A stretch of DNA of 64,000 nt from Octopus sinensis (taxonomy: Eukaryota): NCBI RefSeq assembly GCF_006345805.1, contig NC_043008.1, forward strand, positions 57,660,001-57,724,000, read 5' to 3'. Both the position numbers and the translations under genes were made by a program. The notes beneath the pieces were generated by a model. That model did not search any database. It was not told the origin of the DNA and saw nothing but the letters and a program-made list of their open reading frames with translations. Position 1 is the stretch's first letter, and each line of letters starts with the position of its first letter. Shown here piece after piece: positions 1 through 63,531 of the stretch.

Positions 1-275
1 TCTTCTTCCATGAAAAGATAGCTTAAACTGTGCTCTAAATGGAGGTGTAGTCAAATCCTACTTTATGGACTCAACCATGTTCTAAAATAAGTCAAAAAGT
101 AAGCTACTATAAATCGGCACAAACTTTCCGGACAACTCAATATTTTATCTATCAATCGACCAATTATGGATTTGACTCCCAGATTGGTTCATTATATTCA
201 TAGCTTACACTTCTGAAAAGAACAGTCTATGCTAGCATAGACAACGGACATTAAAAAAGGATGAGGAAGACATGA

Positions 276-924
276 TTAACCCTTTTGATACCAACCCGGC
301 TGAAACCGGCTCTGGCTCTCAGTACAAATGTCTTGTTTTCATAAGTTTTGAATTAAAATCTTCCTCCAAACCTTAGTCACAATTTATGTTCCTAACACTA
401 GCTGAATGATAACTAAGTTATGTTCCTAACACTAGCTGAATGATAACCAAGTTATTTTACTAAATTCTTTGTAATATTTAAAATAATTGAAAGAAACACA
501 GGCGCAGGAGTGGCTGTGTGGTAAGTAGCTTGCTAACCAACCACATGGTTCCGGGTTCAGTCCCACTGCGTGGCATCTTGGGCAAGTGTCTTCTGCTATA
601 GCCCCGGGCCGACCAATGCCTTGTGAGTGGATTTGGTAGACGGAAACTGAAAGAAGCCTGTCGTATATATATATATATATGTGTGTGTGTGTATGTCTGT
701 GTTTGTCCCCCTAGCATTGCTTGACAACCGATGCTGGTGTGTTTACGTCCCCGTCACTTAGCGGTTTGGCAAAAGAGACCGATAGGGGCTTACAAAGAAT
801 AAGTTCCGGGGTCGATTTGCTCGACTAAAGGCGGTGCTCCAGCATGGCTGCTGTCAAATGACTGAAACAAGAAAAAGAGTAAACACAGAGCATCTCAAAA
901 TAAATACAGTAACGAAAGGGTTAA
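276..924. mobile_element. piggyBac-type MITE family F interrupted by a SINE A
   Basis: TTAA|CCCTTT...AAAGGG|TTAA termini (piggyBac TSD/TIR signature); the two halves rejoin across SINE 502-880. Confidence 0.8.
502..880 (+). mobile_element. tRNA-derived SINE, family A (working label), full-length young copy
   Basis: A/B-box-like head (TGGCTGTGTGGTAAG...GGTTCAGTCCC), central (TA)n(TG)n, AAAAGAGT tail, TSD AAACACAG at 494-501 and 881-888. Other copies: 1342-1723(-), 4788-5198(-), 18165-18562(-), 22793-23175(+), 23672-24060(+), 24858-25358(+), 28365-28770(+), 30449-30828(-), 31240-31603(-), 34198-34385(+), 59476-59637(-), 59748-60195(+). Confidence 0.9.
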
Positions 925-1760
925 ATAGCATTCATTGTTGGGATTTGAACCCCAACCACAAGATATTCAATTAGGGATTACGAGTGAGCCACCACAGTTT
1001 CGCATGATTGACCAATCAGTGTGAAGTTGGGGCATGATATAGCTCCTCGGATGGTCTAAAATTCACTTCCTTTTCACCTTATAAAACCTTTTGCTGCCTA
1101 AATCAGCCAAATAGCCTCGGCAGATTGCTAAGGCTGATGGTGTTGGGCAGAGGCAGAAGGCAGAAAATATATCTGTAATAATTGGAAATATTACTTGGAA
1201 ACAAGTGTGGATTGGCAGCAGGAACCATACCCAGCTGCAGAAATCTGTTTCAACAAATCTTATCTTAACACTTGCAAGCATGGAAAAGTAAACATTAAAA
1301 CAGTTATAATGACCTCTACAAGGCTGAGAAGTTCATAGGCTTTTATTCTTTTACTTGTTTCAGTCATTTGACTGTGGTCATGCTGGAGCACTGCCTTTAG
1401 AAAAGCAAATCGATCCCAGGACTTATTCTTTGTAAGCCTAGTACTTATTCTATTGATCTCTTTTGCTGAATCGCCAAGTTACGAGGACGTAAACACACCA
1501 ACATCAAGTGATGTTGGGAGGACAAACACACACACACAAATACACACACATATGTATATACGATGAGCTTCTTTCAGTTTCTGTCCATCAAATCCACTCA
1601 CAAGGCTTTGGTCGACCCAAGGCTAAAGTAGAAGACACTTGCCCAAGATGCCATGCAGTGGGATGAACCCGGAACCATATGGTCCGTAAGCAAGCTACTT
1701 ACCACACAGCCACTCCTACGCCTGATCAAAATACTCTGATGAAATGTAACCAAATGGGGT

Positions 1761-1995
1761 TTATTTTTCAACATAGTCTCCCTTATGGTTCACACATATC
1801 TTCCATTGGTGTTGCAGTGCTTGGATCCCATTGGTGAAGAAGCTTTCATCCTGTTGGTCAAAAAAGTCATCAACAGCTGATATGACTTTGTCACCACTGT
1901 GATACTGGTTTTTTAGCTAAGTGTTTGTTCACATTGAGGAACAGATGATAGTTAGATGGGGGCCAAATCAAGGGAATAGGGAGGTTGATCAACCA
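1761..1995 (-). mobile_element. Mariner transposase C-terminal fragment
   Basis: PPYSLDLAPSNYHLF...VDDFFDQQDESFFTNGIQALQHQWKICVNHKGDYVEK*. Confidence 0.8.
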
Positions 1996-2084
1996 GAAAA
2001 ACTGGCAAAAGGGTTTTTATTTCATCAGGGCAATGCTCCAACACATAAGTCCTCTATCAATACAGAAGTGAAGATTTATATGTG

Positions 2085-2340
2085 TTATCCTCCATGTTTT
2101 ATGCTTGCAAAATATGGGTACCTGACCGAAATCATCTGAAACAGCTAGAGTGCTTCCAACAGAAATGTCTACGTCATATCTTGGGCTTGTATTGGAAAGT
2201 GTATATGAGTGATGTTGAGGTCTTTGAAAGAAGTCGCTGTGAAAGTATTGAGTTAATCATTGTGCAGCACAAACTTCAATAGGTGAATCACTTAGAGAGA
2301 ATGGAGGATTGCAGGACTCTGAAGTAGCTGAGAAATGGAA
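2085..2340 (+). mobile_element. RTE-clade LINE RT C-terminal fragment
   Basis: YACKIW..RNHLKQLECFQQKCLRHILGLYW...SIE...HLERMED. Confidence 0.75.
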
Positions 2341-2523
2341 AACATCCACCTCATAAAACCCAAGATGCCAATTTCTTCAATTAGCTATTCATACACGACT
2401 GATGCCAAAATGCAAACCTGGAAGTATGTATAATACTACTACTGGATAGTACAGGGTAAATCTGAAAGTGGATAAGCTTTATACTGTAATCTACTACATT
2501 TTTAACAGAATATACCATAACTA

Positions 2524-2933
2524 TATATATGTAAAGACCTGTTGAGGCAAGTGAAAATCAAAGTTGTAATCGATCAACATCAATGGAATTTGTAGCTGTG
2601 ATACCAGTGCCAGTGGCGCGTAAGAGAACCATCCGAACGTGACCGTAGCCAGCGCCACCCTGACTGGTCTCCGTGCCGGTGGCATGTAAAAAGCACCATC
2701 CGATTCCAAGCCATTTGCCAGCCTCGTCTGGCACCTGTGCCGGTGGCACGTAAAAAGCACCCACTACACACACGGAGTGGTTGGTGTTAGGAAGGGCATC
2801 CAGCTGTAGAAACACTGCCAGATCAGACTGGAGCCTGGTGCAGCCTTCTGGCTTCCCAGACAACAGTTGAACCGTCCAACCCATGCTAGCATGGAAAGCA
2901 GACGTTAAACGATGATGATGATGATGATGATGA

Positions 2934-2937
<4 letters not shown>
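2524..2937 (-). mobile_element. SINE/retroposon family E with (CAT)n end and internal GGTGCTTTTTACGTGCCACCGGCAC subrepeats
   Basis: Shared core GGATGCCCTTCCTAACGCCAACCACTC. Also at 8490-8912(-), 11430-11770(+), 14415-14620(+), 22480-22745(-), 32990-33580(+), 40710-41020(+), 55070-55270(-). Confidence 0.8.
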
Positions 2938-2966
<29 letters not shown>

Positions 2967-3280
2967 AGCAGTCCATCAGTTGTGTCGACGAGGGTCCCAG
3001 CTGATCTGATCAACGGAACAGCTTTGCTTGTGAAATTAACGTGCAAGTGGCTGAGTACTCCACAAACACTTGTACTCTTAACGTAGTCCTCAGGGAGATT
3101 CAGCGTGACACAGAGTGTGACAAGGCTGGCCCTTTGAAATACAGGTACTACTCATTTTCTGCCAGCTGAGTGGACTGGAGCAAAGTGAAATAAAGTGTCT
3201 TGCTCAAGGACACAATGCACCGCCAGGAATTGAACTCATGACCTTACAATCATGAGCCGAATGCCCTTAACGACTGCGCC

Positions 3281-3318
<38 letters not shown>

Positions 3319-3778
3319 TCGCCATACTAATATGGCATTCTTATAAAAATAAGAAAAAAGCTGTCCGCTTATTAGCTCCATGAGGCCATCGCCTTAAGTT
3401 AGCTATTCGATACACAAACTGTATCCATATGGCGATAACTATTAATTTCCAGGAACGCTGCCGTAATCTCTTTTAGAGAGACTTAGTAATTTTAATATTT
3501 CTATTATATATATATATATATATATATGTGCTATAATTTAGAATAAACAGCAAAAGATTGTCATTATAGCACTTGGAGTTTCAAATGGTAGAGTGAAGAA
3601 CTATGATACATTCTTGTCGGCTATTTAGCTGACGAGAATGTATCGTATCTCTTTGCTACAACATTCGAAACTCTGAGTATTATAATGACAACCTTTTACT
3701 GCTTGTTCTAAATTATAAAATATATAAATAATCCTCTATTTCTCTAATATCGAGGTCTCATTCTTTTGTTGTTACATT

Positions 3779-3810
<32 letters not shown>

Positions 3811-3817
3811 TATATAA

Positions 3818-4420
3818 TGGCCATCCACTCGTGACCAAGGAAGACCATTGCCGACCTTCAGGAACATTGTGTGCTCTAGGACTAACTTATATTTTGCATT
3901 TGCGGCTCCGTTGGTGGCTAATGAACCCTGCCCTTGACAAGCATACACAACTGCAAACATTGCAGACCAAGCTGTCCCCATTCACTATACGAGCCGTGCA
4001 CTTTCGCGCAACTTGCTTAAGTTCTTCATGCTGGATACGTGCTCTCTCAAAAGTGTCGATCCCCTCCTAAACCTGCTTCCTCCATCTGTGGCGATGACAG
4101 GCATTGTTCTCCCAGTCAGTTTCCTGCATATCACAGGCCTTTAATGAGGACTTGACACAGTCCTTAAATCACAGACTTGGTTCCTGCCGGAGTCTCCTTC
4201 CATTCACAAGTTCTCCATAGAGCATCTGCTTAGGAATCCTTCTATCCTTCATTCTAATAAGGTGTCCAGTCCAACGCAACCGGTGCTTGTGCACCACTGC
4301 CTCAACACTCAAGATATCAGCTGTCCTCAGGATCTGTGTGTCTGGAATTTTTGAGGTCCAGCCAACATTGAGAATGTGTCTGAGACATCTCTGATGAAAA
4401 CGTTCAAGGACCCTTACTAT
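3818..4420 (-). mobile_element. RTE-clade LINE 3' end
   Basis: LERFHQRCLRHILNVGW...RLRWTGHLIRMKDRRIPKQMLYGEL...CNVC (C-terminal zinc-finger-like), followed by a (TA)n/(TAA)n tail. Confidence 0.8.
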
Positions 4421-5464
4421 GGAGATGGGATGAGCCAGAAGGAAAGGGCTGTGACATCAACGGTCAAGTGGCTTGAGTGGAACAGGAAGGGTGAGAGAGG
4501 AAGTAAGGGAAGGAAGACCAGGGCTGTCCTCTTTTGCCTTGGGCACTTGTGACGAACAGATGCAAGGTGGACTGGATCTAAAAATATTGGTTGCCAGGAG
4601 ACTAAGGAGGCCCACCTGCAGCTACGATGCTATCATTTAACCGTTATAACCACGAGAGAAGCCTTTTCATTAAAAAACAAATTGTAAATATTTTCCTATG
4701 AAAAGGCATGTGATTTAAGGGAGATTTGGCCATTGTTTCTAGCACATTCCATGACCACCTTCATCGTTTCTTTGTCACTGTCACATATACTCTTTACTCT
4801 TTTACTTGTTTTAGTCATTTGACTGTGGCCATGCTGGAGCACCACCTTTTAGTCGAGCAAATCGACCCCAGGACTTATTCTTATGCAAGCCCAGTACTTA
4901 TTCTATTGGACTCTTTTGCCGAACCGCTAACTGACGGGGACGTAAACACACCAGCATCGGTTGTCAAGCAATGCTAGGGGGATAAACAGAGACACACAAA
5001 GGTACACACACATACATATATATATACATATATACAACAGGCTTCTTTCAGTTTTCGTCTACCAAATCCACTCACAAGGCATTGGTCGGCCTGAGGCTAT
5101 AGCAGAAGACACTTGCCCAAGGTGCCATGCAGTGGGACTGAACCCGGAACCATGTGGTTGGTAAGCAAGCTACTTACCACACAGCCACTCCTCCGCCTAT
5201 ATTGATGTTTCTCAATAACTTTCTTCCCATAAGCACATTTTATCGACTGGTGATGCGGAAGTAACACACATGTGGTACACTGCTGGGATTTTTGTCTCTT
5301 TACTTGTTTCAGTCATTTGACTGCGGCCATGCTGGAGCACCACCTTTTAGTCGGGCAAATCGAGCCCAGGACTTATTCTGTGTAAGTCTAGTACTTATTC
5401 TATCGGTCTCCTTTTGCCGAACTGCTAAGTTACGGGGACCTAAACACACCAGCATAGATTGTGA

Positions 5465-5630
5465 GGTGATATCAAACGGTTCCCGGACTAGTTATATTTA
5501 ATAAAAAATAACTTATTTATCTAAATTTTGACATCACCTCCTTTGAAATAGTCCCCTTTGTGCCGCAATACACCTGTTCCAGCGTTCCTGCCACTTTTGG
5601 AATCTGGCCTGGAAGTCGTTTTCCGTACAA
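5465..5630 (-). mobile_element. Mariner 3' end fragment
   Basis: Minus strand reads FQARFQKWQERWNRCIAA..GDYF (frameshifted), followed by TIR-like TAGTCCGGGAAC. Confidence 0.55.
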
Positions 5631-6039
5631 TGCCCCCCCCCCCCCAAGAAAAGTTCTGTATTGCCATTTCTGCTCCAAAATAAACATACTTATTACTTTT
5701 AGTTTATTTCCAGGGACTTGGATAAATTATGACGATTAATAAGTAATTATGAATAAAATCTCTTAAAAGCTTACATTTAAACAACACTTATTTCCTGTCT
5801 TTTCTTATTTATCCATCATTTGATACTTTTTTAGTGTCCCTGTAATTTCGAAGAGTTAGACTATCCTCTTCGGGCGAGACCATAGGAAAAAAATATAATA
5901 ATTGCACTATTCGAATAATCGAAAGATTTGATATAAATTATCTATAAATAACTAATAATAGCGTGTAATATATTGGGTTAAAAATAAAAATAAAAAACTT
6001 AGCAGGAAAATAAAAACAAGAACAACAACAGGAAGAAAA

Positions 6040-6203
6040 AAGGTCGAAGGATATCTGCGGGACACGAACCAGCATCTATATTCATACAGATTCGTTTGTC
6101 TCTTCCCTCACTCAGCTCTTAATTGGCTTGCAAGGCGCATGCGCACCGATTCGGATCGCTCGAAGTTTTAATATCGCACTTTGTGATAACCGCACTCCTG
6201 CAG
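6040..6203 (+). promoter_or_regulatory. SRM promoter and probable non-coding first exon
   Basis: Local CpG enrichment in an AT-rich background; palindromic GCGCATGCGC (NRF1/EWG consensus) at 6135-6144; inverted CCAAT (ATTGG) at 6122; donor-like CAG|GTACTT at 6204. Confidence 0.6.
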
Positions 6204-6453
6204 GTACTTTCAATATTAAGTACTCTATCTAATTTTCCTTTATTTAAATCATATTCTGTTAATTTTCTCTCTTATCTTCTCGCATTTCCTTCGCATTAAA
6301 CAAGACTGTAATTTTTCTTTTTCTTTCTTTAAAATACCACATTATCTTTATTTTATTTCCCCATATTCGTTTTAAATATATAATTGCTATTCATTTTATT
6401 ATTGCTTGTCTCCTAATATAACATTTCTGTTTGTTTTTGGTTCGTGTAATCAG
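6204..6453 (+). other. Probable 5'UTR intron of SRM
   Basis: GT at 6204, pyrimidine-rich 250 nt, acceptor GTAATCAG| at 6453, 36 nt upstream of the ATG. Confidence 0.55.
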
Positions 6454-6489
6454 ACCAATTCATCTTCCCAACTGACCAAAAAAACAGCG

Positions 6490-36469
<29,980 letters not shown>

Positions 36470-36551
36470 TTGTAAAGACAGTCCTTTTTGGAATGGTCAT
36501 ATTCATTACATGGAGAAAAAAAAAGTTGTCTCATCTGGAAAATATATATTC

Positions 36552-36601
36552 AATAAACCAATCTCTACTTAGATTGTGTAATTTTTTTTTCTGCTAATAA
36601 A
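36552..36601 (+). promoter_or_regulatory. SRM polyadenylation signals
   Basis: AATAAA at 36552-36557 and 36596-36601 downstream of the stop codon. Confidence 0.55.
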
Positions 36602-36834
36602 CTGGTCTAAAATTGAACCTGTTTCCATTTTCCTTCAGATTTCTTTGTATGTTTGGTTAAGAAGTTTCAAGTTCAATTCCACTACACGGCACCTTGACCT
36701 AGTGTCTTGAAATTTGGTAGATGGAAACTGTACCGTACTTAGCAGTTCGGCAAGAGAGACCGATAGAATAAGTACTAGGCTTACAAAGAAAAGTCCTGGG
36801 GTCGATTTAAGTTAAGTTAATTTTTTGGCTCAAA

Positions 36835-37085
36835 AAGCAAAGCCATGTAGGGGGACATGGAGTTATGTACAGGGAGGGTGTTCATGCAAAGAGTTCAGGC
36901 CATTTCTGGTCAAGAGAGACTTTGAACCGAGCGGTCGTCGGCATCTTCACTATCTTGTCCGGCAGCTTATTCCACAGATCCGCAACCCGGATGGAGAAAG
37001 CCCCTCTCCTTTGATAGAGCTTTTCGGAGTGACTCCGCAGCCGATGCTCTGGAGCAGGAGTGAAGAACAGCTCTTTTGAGAGGTT
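36835..37085 (-). mobile_element. CR1-type LINE 3' fragment between SRM and ZFR
   Basis: RLRSHSEKL...AFSIRVADLWNKLPDKIVKMPTTARFKVSLD. Confidence 0.7.
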
Positions 37086-37215
37086 AAACTTTCCGCTTAT
37101 GGAAACTAAAAGCGGTGCTCCAACATTGCCGCAGTCAAATGAATGAAATAAGTAACAGTAAATACATACACTAGAGATAGATAGTTGTGAGGTCACTGAA
37201 GATAATGATTTAGAG

Positions 37216-37778
37216 TAGGGGTTTACAACAGGAGTCCATATGGCCCCTGAGAGAGACCCTATAAGATTTTTGGGGGTCCATGCAATAAAAGAGTAAATTG
37301 GGAATCCACAATAGTATTTTAAGAGCCCTTGAAAAAAATTCTACTTTAGATGTATGTATTGCAAGACACAGCAAGGCTTCTTTCTCAAACATTTCACGTA
37401 GTTCAACCTACACAAGTGAATGTGTGAAAAACAAAATAGGAATTCTGAAAGAAGATTCTATAAAACTTTTAAACATCGAATGGCTACAGGATCCACCAGA
37501 ATATAATAGTAATTAACCCTTTCGTTACTGACTGTATTTATTTTGAGATGCTCTGTGTTTCTTTCAGTTACTTTATAACAAAGAATTTAGTAAAATAACT
37601 TAGTTATCATTCAGCTAGTGTTAGGAACATAAATTGTGACTAAGGTTTGGTGGAAGATTTTAATTCAAAACTTATGAAAATAAGACATCTGTACAACAGA
37701 GCCAGAGCTGGTTTCAGCCGGGTTGGTAAGAAAAGGGTTAAAGTGGTCCATGGGTAAAAAAATGGTTGAGAATCCCTG
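37216..37778. mobile_element. Degenerate hAT-type element carrying a nested piggyBac MITE
   Basis: TAGGGGTTTACAAC...GTTGAGAATCCCTG ends; GGGGTCC interior. Confidence 0.5.
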
Positions 37779-37889
37779 GTTTTAGGCATCAACCAATTTC
37801 TTCAAAATTTGAGTTGTTGGTAATAAGATTTAACCAAGAAATCACATTTAAAAGGCACACATGCAGATGGATTAAATAATGAAAACATC

Positions 37890-38464
37890 TATGTTCAACA
37901 AACTAAGTTTATTTCTGCTTAAAATACATTCAATATTCAATAAATGAGAGAAATTCTTTTTTTTTCTTTAAAAAAAAAAAAGAAAAACCAACAAAAAAAA
38001 CTAATGTGTAAGTCTCTATAATTTCCTTAAAAAAAAGAAATCCCTAAAATCTCAGGTGACACTACATTGAATGGGAGGGGAAAAAAAGCAAAACGAAACA
38101 ATTTACTGAAAAAGTCATAACCACACATTAAAATATATTTATATATTCATATTTCCAACAAAAATAGAAAGGTAAAAGGGAGAAAATATAGCTGCGAAAG
38201 GGTCAGCTTCTGGCATAAGCTGATGCATAATTCTACATATATATATAATGTATATATACACACACATGTATATATAATGTATATACACACGTGTGTGTAT
38301 ATATATATATATATTATACATATATACACACATGTATATATATGTATATACATATACATATATATATGTACACATGTATATATAATATACACGCACACAA
38401 TGTACACATACCAATATGTATGTATACACACATTCACACACAGATACATGTGTGTGTGTGTGTG

Positions 38465-38498
<34 letters not shown>

Positions 38499-40495
38499 TA
38501 CATATAACTTGTGTTGTTTTGGTAGAGGGTGTGGTTTGGAGGTGGGGAGTTTCAAGTATTTTATACAATCAAATATTAGTTGAGATTACAAGCTAGTAGT
38601 GTACACAGTAAATTTTTTTTGTTTTGCTTTATTTTTTTTGTTGTTGTTTTTTCACAATGCACTATCATTTACTTTCAGGTAGATTTTGAAAGACAACTAA
38701 TTAGCAAGTTCATAGGGGTGTGTTATCACTATTTAGCAAAACTAAATAGCGATCTGTTGTAGAAAAATAGGGCCAAGGAATTCAATCGCATGACCATGTA
38801 AACTATATTTGGTGCTTCTAAAACAATTTTTAAAGCCAAGGGTTAAGTTGTAGAAATTTCGTTGAAAAGGTATCATTTTCAAGACTATGCTACTAACTGA
38901 TTGAGATTAGGGGGTAGGGGTTGCCTTCTCAGAGGGCACTAGAATAGGAAAACTTGTGTGTAGATGTCTGTTGCATTGGGTATTTGTTTTTCTATATAAA
39001 GCTGGCAATTTTAAAATATTTAAGAATACAGAAGAAACAAAAATATTGATTTTTGTTTGATTTTTTTTTTCCCAAAAGGAAAAAAAAAAATCTTTCTTTT
39101 TTGCAATATAAGAGAAATCTTGTTTTCTTGCAGTCTGAAGACTTTCAAAACCCCAAGATAATTACAAATGGTATCAATAAAAACATCAGTGAACTTTTTT
39201 TTTCTAAACACATTACGCTGATATTTTGTCACCAGAACAAAAGCTGGGAGAGCTTTTGTTCTGAAATGTCAGTGAGACAAAGTTTTTAGCTTTTAATTCT
39301 AGAATAAATATTTAGGTGCAGATAGTGGCAACAAGGAGTTAATACCATTTAAAATATAACTGTTTGGAAATCAGACTCCCACAGAGTGCCTTTTCTTCAG
39401 AGCAGCTTGCAGTGTCGACAAGCAAAGCTGTCTAAACCCCACTATTCAGAATAACATCTACTCTAGCACCCAACCTCTATCAAAGACAATGCAACTAGCC
39501 CAAGTTGCAAATACAAAGTTAACCAAAACAAAAAACTGCCAACTATTATTATAGCTGCGAAAGGGTCAGCTTCTAGCATTTAATAATGCTTCTGCATTAT
39601 TAAACAACCCTTGAAATGAGTCTTAAAATATTTTTTTTAAATGTTGGATAGTTACAATGTAAATAAATGAAACCTATTTAAGAAAGGGAGAAGAACAGAT
39701 AGTGTAGACAATGGGATTTCTTAGAAAATAACACCTGAACTGGTTTTAGCAGTATAACAGTTTAACTCAGATCAAAAGACTTTTAATACAGAAAATTTTA
39801 TGTACTATTGAAAAACTTCAAAACATTTTTAATTATTTTAAAATACCAAGACAAACAAAACAACAAAATAAACCCCAGATATCATCTAACTGATATGTTT
39901 GAAGTAAGAAATGAATATTTCTTTTATCTTTTAAATCCTAATGTAGTGAAATATTTGAAATAAAATTCAGAAGGAGTGATCAGTGAAAGGAGTGTGATAG
40001 CGATAAGGGTTGCAGTGCTTCCAACCATTGCCCCACTCCAGATATGTGACATGAAATTATGTACAGAGGAGATTGGTTCTGTTGTTATCTCACAAACATG
40101 GGTGTCAGCTGATTGTAAGTGTTGAATAGAGGGATAGTCAAAAAGTGGACACACCACAACAGGAGGCGTACCAATAACCAAATAAACATTAGAGAAACAC
40201 CGGCTGCTTGCTTATTGGTATTGAAATCTAAATAGAACAAAGAACATGATAAAAAGAAAGAAAACAGCAGGAGTGTTGACTGCATAGAAAGAATTCTTTT
40301 AATTAGGTGAGTGACTTCAACAGTCAAAATGTATTAAAAGCAGAATCTACTGGCATGAAAGGTTTTTAAGAATTCATAAAAAGAAAAAAAAAAAAAAGGG
40401 AGAAAATAAAAGTAAAAGAAAAAAAAAAATGAATAAGAATAAGCAGAAGAGAATTATGTGGAAAGCAGGAATGGATTAGAATGTCTAATGTGGAA
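37890..40495 (-). other. ZFR: ZFR 3'UTR (~2.6 kb, U-rich, free of recognisable TEs)
   Basis: Unique sequence with long U-tracts on the sense strand runs from the stop codon to a minus-strand AATAAA at 37908-37913, just before TE-rich DNA resumes. The end point is inferred. Confidence 0.55.
38232..38505. repeat. (TA)/(CA)/(TG) microsatellite mosaic inside the ZFR 3'UTR
   Basis: Includes palindromic (TG)n(TA)n(CA)n at 38449-38497. Confidence 0.9.
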
Positions 40496-63035
<22,540 letters not shown>

Positions 63036-63096
63036 TTAAATCCCATCTAATCAGAACTTGGAAAACAAAACTAATTTCAGGTTACTAAATTAAATA

Positions 63097-63531
63097 GATC
63101 TTTTCTTTTTGAACGGCAGTTTTCAACACAATTTCTAGTTAACTAAACACTTTTAAACTTCGTATACTGGTAGAATGTGTTTATAAAACATCATTTTTTC
63201 TTGGCTTTATTGATACTAGGGTTATAATTAGGGTTAGGGGAAGGGTATCTTTTTTTCTTTGCAAATGTAAATAAACCCAATCTTTTTCTTAAAGGAGGGA
63301 CATATTCATACAGCACGGAATGTTGTTTACCTAAATGGAGGTCAGCGATTGGTCAAAATTGCTGAAATGCTTGATTTTAAAGTGGAAATATCTTACAAAC
63401 TATAGAATTTTCTCAATAAAGCCAAGAAAAAAATGATGTTTTATAAACACATTCTACCAGTATACGAAGTTTAAAAGTGTTTAGTTAACTAGAAATTGTG
63501 TTGACATATGCTGTTCAAAAGGAAAAGATCC
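63097..63531. mobile_element. Long-TIR (foldback/Mutator-like) non-autonomous element
   Basis: ~117-bp inverted arms at 63097-63213 and 63413-63530; flanking direct repeat TTAAATA(G) at 63090 and 63532. Confidence 0.75.

Noticed and set aside
6150-6489. Polyamine-sensing uORF in the SRM leader
   Set aside because: No ATG in the inferred spliced leader; ORF 6406 starts at a non-ATG codon inside the putative intron.
39402-39430. Iron-responsive element (CAGTGT loop)
   Set aside because: No proper 5-bp upper stem or C bulge, and it is on the strand antisense to the ZFR mRNA.
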